Source of the DNA: Gammaproteobacteria bacterium
Lineage (GTDB): Bacteria; Pseudomonadota; Gammaproteobacteria; CAJXQU01
Assembly (NCBI GenBank): GCA_965238175.1
Contig: CBDEGZ010000003.1
Span: forward strand, 2,688,001 to 2,752,000
Length of the DNA: 64,000 bases
Direction: 5' to 3'
In this document: positions 62,941-64,000 of the stretch, piece after piece
Numbering within the stretch: position 1 is the stretch's first letter
How the letters are laid out: the number at the start of each line of letters is the position of its first letter
Notes under the pieces: model-generated
Database searches by the model: none
Told to the model about the DNA's origin: nothing
Seen by the model: only the letters and a program-made list of their open reading frames with translations
Program-made: the position numbers and the translations under genes

Positions 62941-63812
62941 GCGGTCAGTTCCTCAGACACTTCCACCGTTTCAGGAAAACCAACTTGTTTATTAGCAAAA
63001 TCATCCGCAAGTTTTTGGGTGAAATCTGGATCAAAACCTTTTAAAACAGTTCTGGAATACATCAGATCAGCTGCGAGTGTCTTATAATCAATTGCCCCAT
63101 TACTTTTTGATCGATACTCGAAAATTGTATTTCCCCGTCCTGGGCATTCAGCTAATGCAGCTGTTTCTCTAATTTGAGTAGCTAAAACATTGTCAGGAAA
63201 ATAGTGCAATAATTTTGCCAACACCTCTTTTCCTAAACGGCGACGTTTATGGAAGCGTGTTACTACGATCCATTCCCGTAAGCTGTAACCTAATTTATTT
63301 TTAAACGTTTTTATTGTTGCCATCAGAAATGACAAACCTTCAAGAGATAGATAGTCGCCCGTTACTGGAATTAAAACTTCATGACTCGCAATTAATGCAT
63401 TAATTGCTAACAAGCCAGAACTTGGCGGACAATCGATCAAAACAAAATCTTGCTCTGATAATTTACCTTTTAAAGCTTGTTTTAATAGCTCACCTTTTTT
63501 CAGTCCACCATTGCCGAGTTGCTCAATACGGTTAAGCTCTGTTCCAGCGGGAATAAGAACAAGATTATCTCGAACTGAAATCATCACATCTTCAATCGCA
63601 GCTCCTTCGAGTAAAACCTCATCCACTCCAGAGTATTCTCTGCCGTTTACACCAAGGCTCGTCCCAAGGTGTGACTGTGGATCCATATCAATTACGGTTA
63701 CCCTATTCCCAGCTAATGCTAAGGCATGTGCCAGGTTAGCCGTTGTCGTGGTTTTACCTACTCCACCTTTCTGATTTATTACAGAAATAATTCTCATTTG
63801 AATCCCCATCAC
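62937..63812 (-). CDS. ParA/Soj-family ATPase within the chemotaxis cluster (start may be 63797)
   Basis: NQKGGVGKTTT deviant Walker A, DMDPQ, IDCPPS, IRE..ALAE. Confidence 0.92.
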   Translation of the reverse strand: MMGIQMRIISVINQKGGVGKTTTTANLAHALALAGNRVTVIDMDPQSHLGTSLGVNGREYSGVDEVLLEGAAIEDVMISVRDNLVLIPAGTELNRIEQLGNGGLKKGELLKQALKGKLSEQDFVLIDCPPSSGLLAINALIASHEVLIPVTGDYLSLEGLSFLMATIKTFKNKLGYSLREWIVVTRFHKRRRLGKEVLAKLLHYFPDNVLATQIRETAALAECPGRGNTIFEYRSKSNGAIDYKTLAADLMYSRTVLKGFDPDFTQKLADDFANKQVGFPETVEVSEELTA

Positions 63813-63862
63813 CTTCTTCAGAATCGAATATTTTTACTTTCATGTATATTAAAGAGTCCTAC

Positions 63863-64000
63863 CTAAAACTCTTCCCATTCATCCCCACCTATACTCTGAC
63901 TGGCCGCCGCCACCTTTTTTGCCGGTCTCACCGGTGCCGGTGCAGCTTGTTGCTGTGGTGCAGACTCTTCCCATGGGCGTCCACCTGTACGGCGTTCATT
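63863..64000 (-). CDS. 3' end of another MCP, nearly identical to the 3' end of 60165..62027 (partial)
   Basis: Encodes ...[45 protein letters not shown]. Confidence 0.9.
   Translation of the reverse strand, partial: NERRTGGRPWEESAPQQQAAPAPVRPAKKVAAASQSIGGDEWEEF

Overview
AT-rich chromosomal segment of a flagellated gammaproteobacterium, probably a methylotroph or methanol scavenger. Most genes lie on the minus strand. Housekeeping blocks: cvpA-dedD-folC-accD-trpABF, amiB-tsaE-nnr-orn, recR-ybaB-dnaX-ffs, nlpD-pcm-surE-argF-argD-sodB, parC, mrcB-lpoP, adk, rpoS and pgi. There is also a stand-alone lanthanide-type methanol dehydrogenase gene (xoxF), orphan flagellar genes, one intact IS481-family element, five MITE-like inverted-repeat elements, and a large chemosensory and partner-switch cluster at the right end (MCPs, cheR/D/B, ParA, STAS proteins, HsbR/HsbA-like pair, Ser/Thr kinase). 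The most interesting unexplained signals are: (1) an H-type pseudoknot in the long xoxF 5' leader, a candidate new riboswitch; (2) an ORF-less small RNA candidate with a C-rich anti-Shine-Dalgarno loop between sodB and parC; (3) an A9G slippery site in dnaX; (4) a G-(E/D)-(I/V)-E-L-F C-terminal tail on three chemotaxis proteins, with a variant on a putatively sigma28-driven ExeA-like ATPase carrying 138-bp tandem repeats; (5) a ParA plus acidic STAS partner pair. All product calls come from motif recognition and synteny; no database search was run.
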